Origin: Chloroflexota bacterium
Lineage (GTDB): Bacteria; Chloroflexota; UBA11872; VXOZ01
Direction: 5' to 3'
DNA: 64,000 nucleotides
NCBI GenBank assembly: GCA_022824225.1
Contig: JAJEAH010000046.1
Span: forward strand, 16,910-80,909
The notes beneath the pieces were generated by a model, which saw only the letters and a program-made list of their open reading frames with translations, ran no database searches and had not been told where the DNA came from. Within the stretch, counting starts at the first letter, position 1. Each line of letters starts with the position of its first letter. Shown here piece by piece: positions 1-11,837 of the stretch. The position numbers and the translations under genes are program-made.

Positions 1-219
1 AGAGACTGCGCAGCGCCGTCGCATAGTAGAAGGATACCACCCCTTTCTGTAGAGTGCCGCATCCCCCGCCGCGGCGGGACGCTCGCCAGAGTACGAACGT
101 TCGCAAGCCGGAACGTGAGCAGCATCCCAGTACTTGCGTAGGCCGCCGTAGCTGGCCTACCCCGTGCCATCCCATGCGGCTATAATCACACTGTTCCACC
201 TTGCACGAAGGGCAATTTC

Positions 220-2316
220 ATGACACCACGCGTCCGGGCCTCCATCCATCCGACTACAGGCACAGCCGGTGAGTACGGCACGTGGACGGTACGCTGCGCC
301 ATCGAGGAAGGGGTTTTGGGCGCCGGCGACACCATTGCCGTGGCGCTGCCCAACACCTGGCACGCCTGGCTGCGCAATTCCGCCAAGGGCGTGCACAGCA
401 GCGATCCCGCCAGTCCCAACTACGTCTCTGCCCGCGCCTCCCGCGACGGTGTTGACACCCGCTGCGTCGTGGCTGACGGCTCGACCGAAGAATACGAGAA
501 GCGCACCCGCGACGCTCTGGCCGGGCCGCCCAACCGCTGCGCCTACCACACCGAGGTCACGGTCACGGCGGGAACGCTGCGGGCCGGTGACTGGATCGAC
601 GTCACCTATGGCGATACCGGCGGCGGCAGTCCGGGTTTCACCGCGGCGCTGCACCCAAACGGGCCGGAGCCGGTGCGCGTTGCCGTGATTCCTGCCGGCA
701 GCGACGGTGAAAGAGCGCTGCTAGCTGTGGAAGATAGCCCGCTGCTCGTCACCCGGCCGGCCGCGCCGGTGGAAGTTGCGGCATATGCACCCTCCCACGC
801 CCGGATCGGACAGGAAGCCGTCTGTCACGTGGTCGCGCTCGATGCCTGGCAAAACCCGGCTGCTTTCGTCCGGCTCACGTTTGCTGTTTGCGTGGCGGAG
901 GGACACGCGGAACACCCTGATACGGTAGCCCTCGATCCGGAAACCGGCGCGTGCGCAATTCCGTTTACGCCCACGGCGCCGGGGGTGCTGCGGCTGCGGG
1001 TGGTTTCGGTTGGCGAAACGAACGCGCCCTTCGACAAGCTCAGGGCGGACGGAGAGGATGGGCTCCGGGCAAACGGGAGAAACAGAACCAGGGAGAACGG
1101 GGGAGACAAGCTCAGGGGAAACGAGCGAGACAGGCACAGAGAGAACGACGGAGACGGGCCCAGGGCAAGCGGGGGAGACGGACGCGGGGAGGGCGATGGA
1201 TGCACCTTTGAGGCCCAGTCAAATCCCATTCTGTGCGTTGCTCAACTACCGGACGACCAGGTCTTCTGGGGCGATTTGCACTCCCACGCGCGCCGCAGCT
1301 TCGACGCCACCGGGGATCTGCCCTTCCACTACGCCCGCGACGTGGCGCGCCTTGACTTCTACGCTCTCACCGACCACGTGGAGGGACTATCGGACGAAAT
1401 GTGGGAAGAAATGCGGCTGATGACCCACGGCTGGTATGACCCCGGCCGCTTTGCCACCATTCTGGGTTACGAGGCCACCTTCCCCGCGCCGTGGGCGCAC
1501 CACGACGTCTACTTCCGCGACGACGGCGACGTGCGCATCGGCCGCCACAACGGCACAGTGCAAGACCTGTGGCGGCAACTGACGCCCGGGGAGGCTATGA
1601 CGATCCCCCACCACACCGGCGTGCGCTTCTCATCGAAAGCCAGCAACCTGCCCGGCGGCACCGACCCGAACATCGACTGGCAGTACGCCAACGATGACTT
1701 CCGGCGGGTCGTCGAGGTGTATTCCGGTCACGGCTTTTGCGAATACTATGACCCGGACCATCCGCTGGCCTACCAACACTGCGACTTCTCGCTGAATGAT
1801 TCGGCGGACGGCCCCCACTACGCGCAGGACGGCTGGCTGACCGGACAACGCATGGGGACGATTTGCTCATCGGACAACCACCAGGCGCAGCCCGGCAAAC
1901 GGCAGACCGGCCTGGCGGCGGTCTGGGCCCCCGCCCTCACGCGGGGCGACATCTTCGACAGCATCCACAATCGCCAGACGTACGGCACCACCGGCGCGCG
2001 CGTCTTGCTCAAGATGTGGGTAAACGACACCTTCATGGGTCAAGACACCCCCAGCGGCGAGGGCGTGACTGTGCGCGTGTGGGCGGTGGGCACTGATGAG
2101 ATCGCGTGGATCGAAATTCTGCGCGGCGACCTGGACGCCCAGCGCTTCGACGTTGTCTACCGGCGCGAGCCGCAAGCGGCGTTCGCCGATTTCACGTGGG
2201 ACGATTCGCAACCGGTCGCGAACGCCCTCTACTACGTGCGCTTGCGGCAAGTTTCGCCTGTGGCCGGCCGCGTCGTGCAGGCGTGGTCAAGCCCGGTTTG
2301 GGTGGTAGCAGACTGA
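220..2316 (+). CDS. DUF3604-like metal-dependent hydrolase, paralog A (beta-rich N-terminal region plus His/Asp-rich PHP-like C-terminal domain)
   Basis: 698-aa ORF with ATG at 220. Motifs WGDLHSHARRSFDA, YALTDHVEG, TIPHHTG, VEVYSGHG, SSDNH and TYGTTGARVLL. Colinear with the ORF at 13864..15801. Family name is from memory and was not searched. Confidence 0.6.
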   Translation: MTPRVRASIHPTTGTAGEYGTWTVRCAIEEGVLGAGDTIAVALPNTWHAWLRNSAKGVHSSDPASPNYVSARASRDGVDTRCVVADGSTEEYEKRTRDALAGPPNRCAYHTEVTVTAGTLRAGDWIDVTYGDTGGGSPGFTAALHPNGPEPVRVAVIPAGSDGERALLAVEDSPLLVTRPAAPVEVAAYAPSHARIGQEAVCHVVALDAWQNPAAFVRLTFAVCVAEGHAEHPDTVALDPETGACAIPFTPTAPGVLRLRVVSVGETNAPFDKLRADGEDGLRANGRNRTRENGGDKLRGNERDRHRENDGDGPRASGGDGRGEGDGCTFEAQSNPILCVAQLPDDQVFWGDLHSHARRSFDATGDLPFHYARDVARLDFYALTDHVEGLSDEMWEEMRLMTHGWYDPGRFATILGYEATFPAPWAHHDVYFRDDGDVRIGRHNGTVQDLWRQLTPGEAMTIPHHTGVRFSSKASNLPGGTDPNIDWQYANDDFRRVVEVYSGHGFCEYYDPDHPLAYQHCDFSLNDSADGPHYAQDGWLTGQRMGTICSSDNHQAQPGKRQTGLAAVWAPALTRGDIFDSIHNRQTYGTTGARVLLKMWVNDTFMGQDTPSGEGVTVRVWAVGTDEIAWIEILRGDLDAQRFDVVYRREPQAAFADFTWDDSQPVANALYYVRLRQVSPVAGRVVQAWSSPVWVVAD
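1033..1200 (+). repeat. 7 x 24-bp in-frame tandem repeat (8-aa units) inside the DUF3604 paralog A CDS
   Basis: Units read directly: DKLRADGE, DGLRANGR, NRTRENGG, DKLRGNER, DRHRENDG, DGPRASGG, DGRGEGDG. The core GACAAGCTCAG matches the non-coding 'FDKLSANG' hairpin family (17012, 24774). This segment is absent from paralog B. Confidence 0.9.
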
Positions 2317-2474
2317 GCGCCGCACGCCACAGCTAGCGTAGAGTCCGCCGTTCGCCTTGAGCCCGTCGCAAGGTGGGCGGCAGACGCGGCTTGCCGGCTG
2401 TCATAGCGCTCTTTACCCAATTGCTCTTCATAGATTTGCGCCTGCAGCGAGCCGGTTGGCGCAAGAAACCGCTG

Positions 2475-4009
<1,535 letters not shown>

Positions 4010-4010
<1 letters not shown>

Positions 4011-5212
4011 CAGTTCGCCGTCTCCCCGGCAATGCCTGCATAGACATCATCCATCGTGGCGGGTTGATCTTGGAGGATAAAGCGGCTCACACGCCGCACG
4101 GTCTCCTTGGTCGGTTCATCCGTAATGTACTCAACCGGCGACTTGCCGTCGATGCGCGCCAGCATGAGGCAGCCAAGCTGCAGCCGCGTCTCAGCCTCCA
4201 GCTCTGCCCAGTCAGTTCCCTGCATTTCGTCACGATATTCTGCCATGAGCGCCGCGGCCGACTGAAAATACTCTGCCTGAACATGAGCATTGACGATGGA
4301 CTTAATGAGCAGGTGATTAATGCAGAAGGCCAGATCGAACGCCGGGTCGCCCCAATGCACCACCTCGAAATCGAGCAGAAGGATATGATTGGCACAATTT
4401 CCGTCATCCTCACCCGCCAGATTGTCAGGTGGCGCGTCCACTCCGTCATTCCCGCGAACGCGGGAATCCATCTTCATTGCGCCGCCTACACCTAGTCCAG
4501 AGCGGGGGACAAGCCCCCGCGCTACGGTTGAGAAGACGGAGCGGGCATGCTCCTCCTCGCGCAAGACAAACATATTCTTCGGACTATAATCCCCATGCAC
4601 CAGCGCCATTTTGCGCGCCTTCATCTGTGCAATCGCATGAGCAAACTCCGGCCGCAAGGACGGATGCTTCTCTGCCGTCGTGTTGTAATACGGGTCCACC
4701 CGCAACTGCCAAAACACCTCGTCGTCTATGAAGCGTTCCTTTACCGCCGGGTCTTGAATGGCGTGCATCTGCGCCAGCAGCCTACCCGCCGCCGCACCCA
4801 CCTGCACGTCTACGTTTCCGGCGAGTAAGTCCTCTTTCCACAGCGTCGCGGCATCCGGCGCGCACGCCATACCGTAGATGAAGTTCTCTTCATCAATGAA
4901 GAAAACCTCCGGTACCACGCCGTTCGGCAGGTAGTCCGCCACGATACGCAGCGCCTCTGCCTCCCGCAGCGCGCGGTCAATGCGCGACGGCCAATACGCC
5001 TCGACTCGCAATTCAGGGAGCGCCTGCTTGAGCACCAAGCACTGCGTTGGAGTTGTGACCTTGAGCACGATATTCGAGACTCCGCCGCCCAGCGCTGCCA
5101 CCGTGAGCGGCGCACAGTCGGCTATTGCGTTTTGTGTGACGAGATAGCGCCCAATTTCCGCGCTGTCCATCTCATCGAGTGCAAGCATCGTATTGCGCCG
5201 TTCCGAATCCAC
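4010..5212 (-). CDS. Aminoglycoside-phosphotransferase-fold kinase resembling 5-methylthioribose kinase (MtnK-like), carrying an in-frame repeat insertion
   Basis: 400-aa ORF with a GTG start. Motifs [34 protein letters not shown] (MtnK-like), catalytic loop [10 protein letters not shown] and metal-binding motif [15 protein letters not shown]. Confidence 0.6.
4388..4561. repeat. Composite hairpin-repeat insertion, in frame, within the kinase CDS
   Basis: Contains GTCATTCCCGCGAACGCGGGAATCC (4445..4469) and GCGGGGGACAAGCCCCCGC (4502..4520). Both families recur in non-coding DNA (18424..18815, 52471, 3879). The boundaries are approximate. Confidence 0.75.
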
Positions 5213-5249
5213 ATCCAGTTAAGGAAACACCAGTCTGCACTTGCAGTGG

Positions 5250-5519
5250 CTAGGCCTCAATCGCCCCAGAGACTCTGGCGCGTTCCATCTCCCCCATGTC
5301 AACCAGCGGGCCCCCGTGCCGGAGCACGCCGTACAACCGGTCGATTGAGTCCACCTCGAGCATGCGCACAGTGCCCTCATGCATCAGATAGAAGACCCGA
5401 TTGCCGGGTTGCAAAGCAAGGGTTTCGCGCACGACCTTCGGCAACATCGTCTCGCCAATAGCGGAGATCGTGGACCCAAACACGGACGGTTTTCCTCCGC
5501 CATTGCTGTAGGAGTGCAT
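5250..5519 (-). CDS. AbrB/MazE/SpoVT-family DNA-binding protein (antitoxin-like or regulator)
   Basis: The motif STISAIGETMLPKVVRETLALQPGNRVFYLMHEGTVRML fits the looped-hinge-helix pattern. Start taken at ATG 5519 (maximal ORF runs to 5567). Stop lies 37 nt upstream of the kinase start. Confidence 0.55.
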   Translation of the reverse strand: MHSYSNGGGKPSVFGSTISAIGETMLPKVVRETLALQPGNRVFYLMHEGTVRMLEVDSIDRLYGVLRHGGPLVDMGEMERARVSGAIEA

Positions 5520-5671
5520 GCTTGTGCCTATAGCATGCAAAGGGATCAGACATTCTGCAAGTCTCATGGGCTATACGGAAGCGCAAGCGCGCTCATTGCT
5601 CGCTGCGGTGTAAGTGGGTCTTTTGAATCCCCAGTACCTTACGAAAGACCACGCTACCGGAAGGTCTCCGG

Positions 5672-6310
5672 TCAAAGCGGCCGGTACACCCTGTCGTGCC
5701 TGCCAGGACCCCATTCATCGGGGCCAAGCCCCTCTTCGTCGAGCAGCGGATAGCGGTCCGAAAGCCCGAACGTAAACGCAGACAGCCTCAGTTGCAGCCG
5801 CTGCGCGTACACCATGAGATTGAAGAGACTCTCTGGATACTGTCCGATGAGAAGAACGGGGATCCAGGCGACCCAGAACACAAGCAATACCAGGAGACCG
5901 AAGACAAACAGAAAGATAAAGAAGGGCACAAGCACGAGCAGCCGGAAGATACCGCCGAACAACGGAAACGCTAGTAAACGATTCGGCTTCCTGGGCACAG
6001 GTATCTCAACCCTGACCTCATCACTCGATTCGAGAGTAAATCCGGGATAGGTGTCGCTGAGGCCAAGAACGAAGCAGTTAGCTTTGGCAGTGAGCCGCAT
6101 CGAACCCACGGCAAGCGCATAGGCGGGCTCCCAATACTTGCCCGTGAAGAAAACAAAGAATGCGTTGATGAAACTGAGAAGAATGGCGGCAAAGTCTACA
6201 ATTAACAACCACATTGCCACCGGCAAGATTATGATGTACTTGACGGCGCCGCCAACCATGGGAAAGGCCCACAGCCGGTTTGGGTTTTGGATGTGCTCAA
6301 TATAGAGCAT
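5672..6310 (-). CDS. Integral membrane protein with two tandem DUF4389-like repeats
   Basis: 212 aa. A module (NRLxAFPxxGGxxxxxxxxP ... FTGKYWE/IGQYPE ... GLSDxYP) is duplicated internally. Hydrophobic segments throughout. Confidence 0.5.
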   Translation of the reverse strand: MLYIEHIQNPNRLWAFPMVGGAVKYIIILPVAMWLLIVDFAAILLSFINAFFVFFTGKYWEPAYALAVGSMRLTAKANCFVLGLSDTYPGFTLESSDEVRVEIPVPRKPNRLLAFPLFGGIFRLLVLVPFFIFLFVFGLLVLLVFWVAWIPVLLIGQYPESLFNLMVYAQRLQLRLSAFTFGLSDRYPLLDEEGLGPDEWGPGRHDRVYRPL

Positions 6311-6649
6311 CAGCTAGTCCCCTTCCACAGTCAGAGCGCCGACACGCATCGGCAGCCCCTGTACCCTCCCTATCCCACGGATAGGTGAACACTCGCCGCT
6401 GACTCCGGTTCCGCTTGCCATCAACATACACTACGCACTTCAAGACTACAGTAACGGCAGAATGCATGCGGCACAAACGAGAGCGCAATAGCAGCTCCCT
6501 GCTTTCCGCGCGCGCCCAATTCGGTCGAGCGGTGTTATGCCTCACCCCGGCGCGTGGTTCTTCTCCTAGCGCATGACGTACACTGACGTGGTACCGCGTA
6601 TCAGGCGCCTCAAACGACCTACGAAACAACCTACGAGAAGGAGTAACTC

Positions 6650-7789
6650 ATGATCCGGCTTACGAGCGACTTCGAGTGCGGCAACGGCAAGGAGATCGAG
6701 CAACTGGCGGCTACCCGTTTTCGCCTGCAGGTAGACGGCGACAAGCAAAGCGGCTATTGCGGCTATTTCTGCTTTGACATCATCAATGAAGGACCGCCGG
6801 CGGACGTGACCGTGGAGCTCTGGGAAGACGCGAAGTTTGAGAGCCCCACCGGTTTCCGCACGCTCTTCCCCACGACGATCTGGTTCAAGCCGGTTGACTT
6901 CCATCGCTTCCGGCCCCTGCCCGGCACGCCGCCCGCCAGTATCCAGGGGCACATTACATTCACCGTGCCGGTGGAACAAGACCAACGCGTGCGCGTTGCC
7001 ATGACGTACGTGGCGCCCTACAGCGAGGTGGCGGCGCTGCTGGGCGGCCTTGCGGATACCCGCGCCGATCGCTGCGAACCCTTCTCAGTGGGCACGACGG
7101 TCCAGGGGCGGGACATCCCGGGACTGCGTGCCGGCACGCCGGGCAAGCCTAAGCTCTTCTGCGTGGCCGGCCAGCATCCCCACGAGCACGCCGGTGTCTG
7201 GGGCGTCTTCGGTATCGCCGACTTTGTCTCTTCCCTGCTGCCGGCAGCCCAGGCGCTGCGCGAGCACTTGGACATGTACATCGTGCCCACGGTCAATCCC
7301 GATGGCAACGTGCTCGGCCGCAATGCCTTCAACGCTGAGGGGTTCGACATGTACCAGGCGTTTGGCGATACGCCCGACGCCGACCTGCCGGAAGCGCACG
7401 AGAGCAAGCTACTCTGGAATTGGGTGGCAACGGAGCGGCCCGCGCTCTGGATGAACTTCCACTGCTTCACCGGGTGGCGGCTCAACAGCGAACTGCCCTA
7501 CGACGGCTGGTACGAGGTCGAAGACCGCACCCTCTTCAGCGATCCCGACCAACGCCGCCTCTACGCCGCCATCTGCGACACCATGCGTCTGGAGACCGAC
7601 GGGCCTTCAACCCACGAGCGGGCCAGCATCCATGGACCCAACACGCTCTGCTACCAGTTCGCCAAGCGGCTTGGCGTGCCCCACGCCTTCTACGAGATCA
7701 ACAACGCGACGGCGGGCAAGCACCAGGGCGGGCAGCGGGCCATCCACGTCTTCAAGCGGGTGACGAATACGCTACTGCATTACGTGTGA
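6650..7789 (+). CDS. M14-family zinc carboxypeptidase-like protein
   Basis: GAAGGAG RBS before the ATG. Motifs AGQHPHEHAG (HxxE zinc site) and YIVPTVNPDGN. N-terminal beta domain as in cytosolic carboxypeptidase-like M14 members. Confidence 0.65.
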   Translation: MIRLTSDFECGNGKEIEQLAATRFRLQVDGDKQSGYCGYFCFDIINEGPPADVTVELWEDAKFESPTGFRTLFPTTIWFKPVDFHRFRPLPGTPPASIQGHITFTVPVEQDQRVRVAMTYVAPYSEVAALLGGLADTRADRCEPFSVGTTVQGRDIPGLRAGTPGKPKLFCVAGQHPHEHAGVWGVFGIADFVSSLLPAAQALREHLDMYIVPTVNPDGNVLGRNAFNAEGFDMYQAFGDTPDADLPEAHESKLLWNWVATERPALWMNFHCFTGWRLNSELPYDGWYEVEDRTLFSDPDQRRLYAAICDTMRLETDGPSTHERASIHGPNTLCYQFAKRLGVPHAFYEINNATAGKHQGGQRAIHVFKRVTNTLLHYV

Positions 7790-8397
7790 GACCACGCATA
7801 GCCGGCGTAGGCGTCTTTCCGCACATTTTCGGCAAACTCGTCCACCCACAGAATCTCATCGGCTCGGCTTTGCAGTTTGGTGGATACGCCCTCCTGGAAA
7901 ACCACGAGCACGATCCGCTTGCGCCGCTCGGAGAGAAACTCGATTGCTGGCAAGAGGTCACTGTCGCCGGATGACAGTATCAGAGAATCATAGTTGTCCT
8001 GATGGGTCAGGGCGAGCGTTGCCAGCCCGACGTCCACGCCCTTCTGTTGTTCCTTGACTACGTGGTGGTGGCTGCCTTCGGGGCAATTCAGGCGCACTTT
8101 TCTGCCGCAGCCTTCGCAGAAGGCGGAATCCGCCCGGATCTGCTTGAGCTCATAGAGTTGCGTGATGATCTTCGGGCCCTGAGGCGGCGCGGACTCCAGC
8201 CAACGGTGAAAGCTGTTCTGGCCGTCGGAGGAGAAGCCGGGCGTACAGTTCAGGTAGTACGCGCGCCAAAGCCGGTGGGTCTCTTCGATTCTCATGCGGA
8301 GCTTCAAATAGTCAACACTATAGTCCGGAGCAATAGAACGCTGGGCGTTGTAAATGTAGCCTCCGTCGATAAGCCATAGTCCATTCGTGTACTGCAA
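7780..8397 (-). CDS. NYN/LabA-like (PIN-like) domain protein with a Cys/His zinc-ribbon insert
   Basis: Motifs LIDGGYIYN, GVDVGLATLAL and ILSSGDSDLLPAIEFL..RKRIVLVV. Insert is CEGCGRKVRLNCPEGSHHH. The 3' end overlaps the convergent M14 gene by 10 nt. Confidence 0.65.
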   Translation of the reverse strand: MQYTNGLWLIDGGYIYNAQRSIAPDYSVDYLKLRMRIEETHRLWRAYYLNCTPGFSSDGQNSFHRWLESAPPQGPKIITQLYELKQIRADSAFCEGCGRKVRLNCPEGSHHHVVKEQQKGVDVGLATLALTHQDNYDSLILSSGDSDLLPAIEFLSERRKRIVLVVFQEGVSTKLQSRADEILWVDEFAENVRKDAYAGYAWSHT

Positions 8398-8578
8398 CGC
8401 AACCTCCTTCTTGGCGTTCCTCTCTACTCATTCTCGCATCGCTACACAGAATCTGGCGGCGGCCGCAGCCGGTCAAGTGTTTTCCGCAATCCATGGGACG
8501 CGGTGATTCTCTGGGCATAGCCCGCGAACGAACCGGACGCTCCGCGCCTGGCGGCAAATACGACCATGCGCTGGATCG

Positions 8579-11038
8579 CTATGCCGTGGCTCTGATCTGC
8601 CGTTGCTGAGGATGCAGCGCGAGCGCCAGCACCTCGCTAACGTTTTCTACCGGGTAGAAGGCAATATCGTCGCGCACGGCCTCGGGGATGTCCACCAGGT
8701 CTTTCGTGTTCTCCTTGGGCAGGATGATCTTGCGGATGCCGGCGCGGTGCGCGGCCAGCACCTTTTCCTTGAGGCCGCCGATGGGCAGCACCCGGCCCCG
8801 CAGCGTCATCTCGCCGGTCATGGCCACGTCGCGGTGCACGGCGCGGTCGGTGAGCGCGGAAATGAGCGCCGTGGTGAGGGTGATGCCGGCGCTGGGCCCC
8901 TCTTTCGGCACACCGCCCTCAGGCACGTGGATGTGCACGTCCAGCTTGTCCCACGCCGTATCCTGCAGGCCGAAGCGCTGCGCGTGGACGCGGGCGTAGC
9001 TCAAGGCCGCGCGCGCCGACTCCTTCATCACCTCACCCAGCTTGCCGGTCAGGATGAGCTTGCCCTTGCCGGGAACCAAGGTTACTTCCACGGCAATGAT
9101 GTCGCCGCCGAAGGCAGTCCACACCAAGCCGGTTGCCGCTCCCACCTGGTCTTCTTCTTCCGCCATGCCGTAGAAGAACTGGGGCGCGCCCAAGTAGTCA
9201 GTTACATTCCGCACGGTCACCGAAACCGTATTCACGTCGCCTTCCGCATGCTTGCGGGCCACTTTGCGGCAGACTGTCGCCACCTGTCGCTCCAAATCGC
9301 GCACGCCGGCTTCGCGGGTGTATTGGCGCACCATGCGCCGCAACGCGCCGCCCGTGAAGCGCAGGTTGCGCTGCTTCAAGCCGTGCTCGGCCCGCTGCTT
9401 CGGCACGATGTAGCGAGTGGCAATGGGGAGCTTTTCCTCCTCCGTGTAGCCGGGCAGTTCGATTACTTCCATGCGGTCGCGCAGGGCCACCGGCAGCGTA
9501 TCTACCGTATTGCCGGTGGTGATGAAAATGACGTTGGAAAGATCGTAGGGCACTTCCAGATAGTGATCGGAAAAAGCATAATTCTGCTCCGGGTCCAGCA
9601 CCTCCAGCAGCGCCGCCGACGGATCGCCCCGGAAGTCCGCGCCCATCTTCTCAATTTCGTCCAGCATGAAGACCGGGTTCACCGTGCCGACTTGCCGCAT
9701 AGCCTGGAGAATGCGCCCGGGCAGGGCGCCCACGTAGGTGCGCCGGTGGCCGCGAATCTCAGCCTCGTCACGGATACCCCCCAGCGAAATGCGCACGAAT
9801 TTCCGGCCCAACGCCTGGGCGATGGAGAGCCCGAGCGAGGTCTTGCCCACCCCCGGCGGCCCCACGAAGCAGAGAATCGGCGTGCGCATGTCCGGCGCGA
9901 GCTTGCGCACGGCGATGTATTCGAGAATGCGCTCCTTCACCTTGGGCAAACCGTAGTGGTTCTTGTCCAGCACCTTCTTGGCGTGATCGATTTCCAAGTC
10001 GTCGGGGCTGGGGTCTCCCCACGGCAACGCCATCAGCCAATCGAGATACGTCTGGATCACGCTCACTTCCGGGCTGGCCGTGGGCATGGCCTCCAGGCGG
10101 TCGAGTTCCTTATATGCTTTTTCCATCACCTCTGTCGGCAGCGGGGTTTCCTCAATGCGCTCCCGGAGGGCGGCGATGTCGCTGCTCACCTGGTCGGTCT
10201 CGCCGAGTTCCTTGTGGATGAGTTTCAGTTGCTCCCGCAGGAACCGCTCGTGCTCTTCGGCATCGGTCGACGTAGGCGCGGCATCTTCATCGAACTTACG
10301 TTGCAGCGCCAAGATCTCCAGCTCCCGCCGCAAGTGGGCTATCACCTTCTCCGCGCGCCTGGCCGCGTCCAATTCTTCCAGCAACTCCTGCTGCACCGGC
10401 GTCACCAGGTCGATGGTATAGGCGATCAAATCGGCGAGATCACCGGCATCGTGGGTGTTGATGGCGCGCACGTATGCCTCGTCCGGCAAGTCCTTGCTGA
10501 GGTCCACGGCTTCCTTGAAGAGCCCCAGCATGGCCTGGAGCAGCGCATCCGGCTCCGCGTCTGCCGGGGTCTCCGTATCGACGACGATAGCCTGCACCCG
10601 TATGTGTGGGTCCAACTGGAGGAAGTGCGTGATGGAAAGCCGGCGCTTGCCCTCCACCAGGATGCTGACGCTGCCGTCCGGCATCTTGAGGGTGCGCCGG
10701 ATCTTCACTTCCACGCCGACGAAGTAGAAGTCCTCCGGATTGACGTCCTCGATGGTTGGGTCCCGCTGGGTGACCACGAAGAGCCGCCGGTTGCCGTCCA
10801 GCGCGGCGCTTACGGCCTCCAGCGACCGCTCGCGCGCCACGATGAGCGGCACGGTCATGCCGGGAAAGACCACCTCGTCGCGGATGGCCAACACCGGCAG
10901 TTCCACCGGATGGAGCATGGCGTCCATTGGGTCTCGGTCCCGGCCGCCCGCGGGGCGCCGCCGCTTCTTGCGTCCGCCGTCACCGTTTGCGGTCGCCGGC
11001 GAGCGGCCGCTCGATGATTCCTTCGCTCTCTGTGCCAC
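8579..11038 (-). CDS. lon: ATP-dependent Lon protease
   Basis: Motifs [11 protein letters not shown] and [15 protein letters not shown], plus a Lon N-terminal domain. Start chosen at GTG 11038, preceded by AGAAGG and a 7-nt spacer. The maximal ORF runs to 11122 and would overlap the upstream gene. Confidence 0.9.
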   Translation of the reverse strand: MAQRAKESSSGRSPATANGDGGRKKRRRPAGGRDRDPMDAMLHPVELPVLAIRDEVVFPGMTVPLIVARERSLEAVSAALDGNRRLFVVTQRDPTIEDVNPEDFYFVGVEVKIRRTLKMPDGSVSILVEGKRRLSITHFLQLDPHIRVQAIVVDTETPADAEPDALLQAMLGLFKEAVDLSKDLPDEAYVRAINTHDAGDLADLIAYTIDLVTPVQQELLEELDAARRAEKVIAHLRRELEILALQRKFDEDAAPTSTDAEEHERFLREQLKLIHKELGETDQVSSDIAALRERIEETPLPTEVMEKAYKELDRLEAMPTASPEVSVIQTYLDWLMALPWGDPSPDDLEIDHAKKVLDKNHYGLPKVKERILEYIAVRKLAPDMRTPILCFVGPPGVGKTSLGLSIAQALGRKFVRISLGGIRDEAEIRGHRRTYVGALPGRILQAMRQVGTVNPVFMLDEIEKMGADFRGDPSAALLEVLDPEQNYAFSDHYLEVPYDLSNVIFITTGNTVDTLPVALRDRMEVIELPGYTEEEKLPIATRYIVPKQRAEHGLKQRNLRFTGGALRRMVRQYTREAGVRDLERQVATVCRKVARKHAEGDVNTVSVTVRNVTDYLGAPQFFYGMAEEEDQVGAATGLVWTAFGGDIIAVEVTLVPGKGKLILTGKLGEVMKESARAALSYARVHAQRFGLQDTAWDKLDVHIHVPEGGVPKEGPSAGITLTTALISALTDRAVHRDVAMTGEMTLRGRVLPIGGLKEKVLAAHRAGIRKIILPKENTKDLVDIPEAVRDDIAFYPVENVSEVLALALHPQQRQIRATA

Positions 11039-11078
11039 AGTATTGCCTTCTCTCACCGTCTTAGAATTGCGTCTCAGT

Positions 11079-11741
11079 TCACCTGCCCCAACATTGGCGC
11101 AAGAGCGCCCGGGCATTCTCATTGCGAATTATGTCGATATAGTCACAGTCCAGTCCCGCGCCGGCGATGACGTTATTGGCAACGGAGTCGGTCAGGAGGT
11201 CGCCGGGCGCATGCGCGTCGCTATTCAACACCATTCTGGCGTCCACCTCCCGGCAGATCCTGGCAACCCGTCCGTTGGCGGCGCTGTGGCCGCGGCGGGC
11301 CGTGAGCTCGAACATCAGGCCGCGGTCGCGCCCCATGCGCGCATCCGCCGCCGTCAGCAAGCCCGGATGCGCCAACACGTCAACCGCCGGGCATTCCGCC
11401 GCCGCCGCGTTGGTGCCGGGCGGCACGGGTTCCGTGATCGTCTCGCCGTGCACGGCTACCACTTGCGCTCCCGCTGCCTTGCAGCGCTCCGCCAGTGCGC
11501 CGATAGCGCTGGGGGCGACGTGGGTAATCTCCACCCCGGCCAGGGCCGTGATAGGCATTTCCCGGTTGACGATCTCACATTCCCGCAGCAGGGCCTCGCA
11601 CACGTACTGATAGTTCGCGAACCCCACGTGGTCGGTGATGGCGATGGCCTGATAGCCGGCCGCCACCGCGCGCTGCACGAGTTCGGACGGCGAAAGCTCG
11701 CCGTCGCTGAGAAAGGTGTGGGTATGGAAGTCCAAGATCAT
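11079..11741 (-). CDS. PHP-domain metal-dependent phosphoesterase
   Basis: N-terminus MILDFHTHTFLSDGELSPSELV..AIAITDHV; 220 aa. Confidence 0.75.
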   Translation of the reverse strand: MILDFHTHTFLSDGELSPSELVQRAVAAGYQAIAITDHVGFANYQYVCEALLRECEIVNREMPITALAGVEITHVAPSAIGALAERCKAAGAQVVAVHGETITEPVPPGTNAAAAECPAVDVLAHPGLLTAADARMGRDRGLMFELTARRGHSAANGRVARICREVDARMVLNSDAHAPGDLLTDSVANNVIAGAGLDCDYIDIIRNENARALLRQCWGR

Positions 11742-11837
11742 GGTTGGGTGTCCGTGCGGGTGCGTCCCTGCCGGGACGTTCTTCCCCTTAAGTGTACCTA
11801 ACCGGCCGGAGCGGCTACAAACCGGTCCTGCGGGGGA

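Noticed and set aside
1-175. Partial divergent ORF running off the left edge (minus-strand ATGs at 170 and 175)
   Set aside because: All three minus-strand frames translate to Arg/Gly-rich or otherwise unconvincing sequence. None could be matched to a family, and about 55 codons are too few to judge.
5250-5567. A complete type II toxin-antitoxin pair built around the AbrB-like gene
   Set aside because: No PIN/MazF/other toxin ORF lies adjacent on either side. The next gene downstream is the 400-aa kinase. The gene is therefore treated as a lone AbrB-type regulator or orphan antitoxin.
8603-11017. 804-aa ORF on the plus strand, antisense to lon
   Set aside because: It lies entirely within lon on the opposite strand. 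Its composition is Arg/Gly/His/Ala-rich and low in complexity, and it has no recognisable motif. This is a typical shadow ORF of a high-GC gene. The same reasoning rejects 16065..16985(+), 17154..18296(+), 19146..19814(+), 29839..31086(-), 31399..32247(-), 34546..35592(+), 39564..40400(-), 40803..42026(-), 42352..43121(-), 48360..49529(+), 51080..52735(-), 56391..57182(+) and 61325..62350(-).
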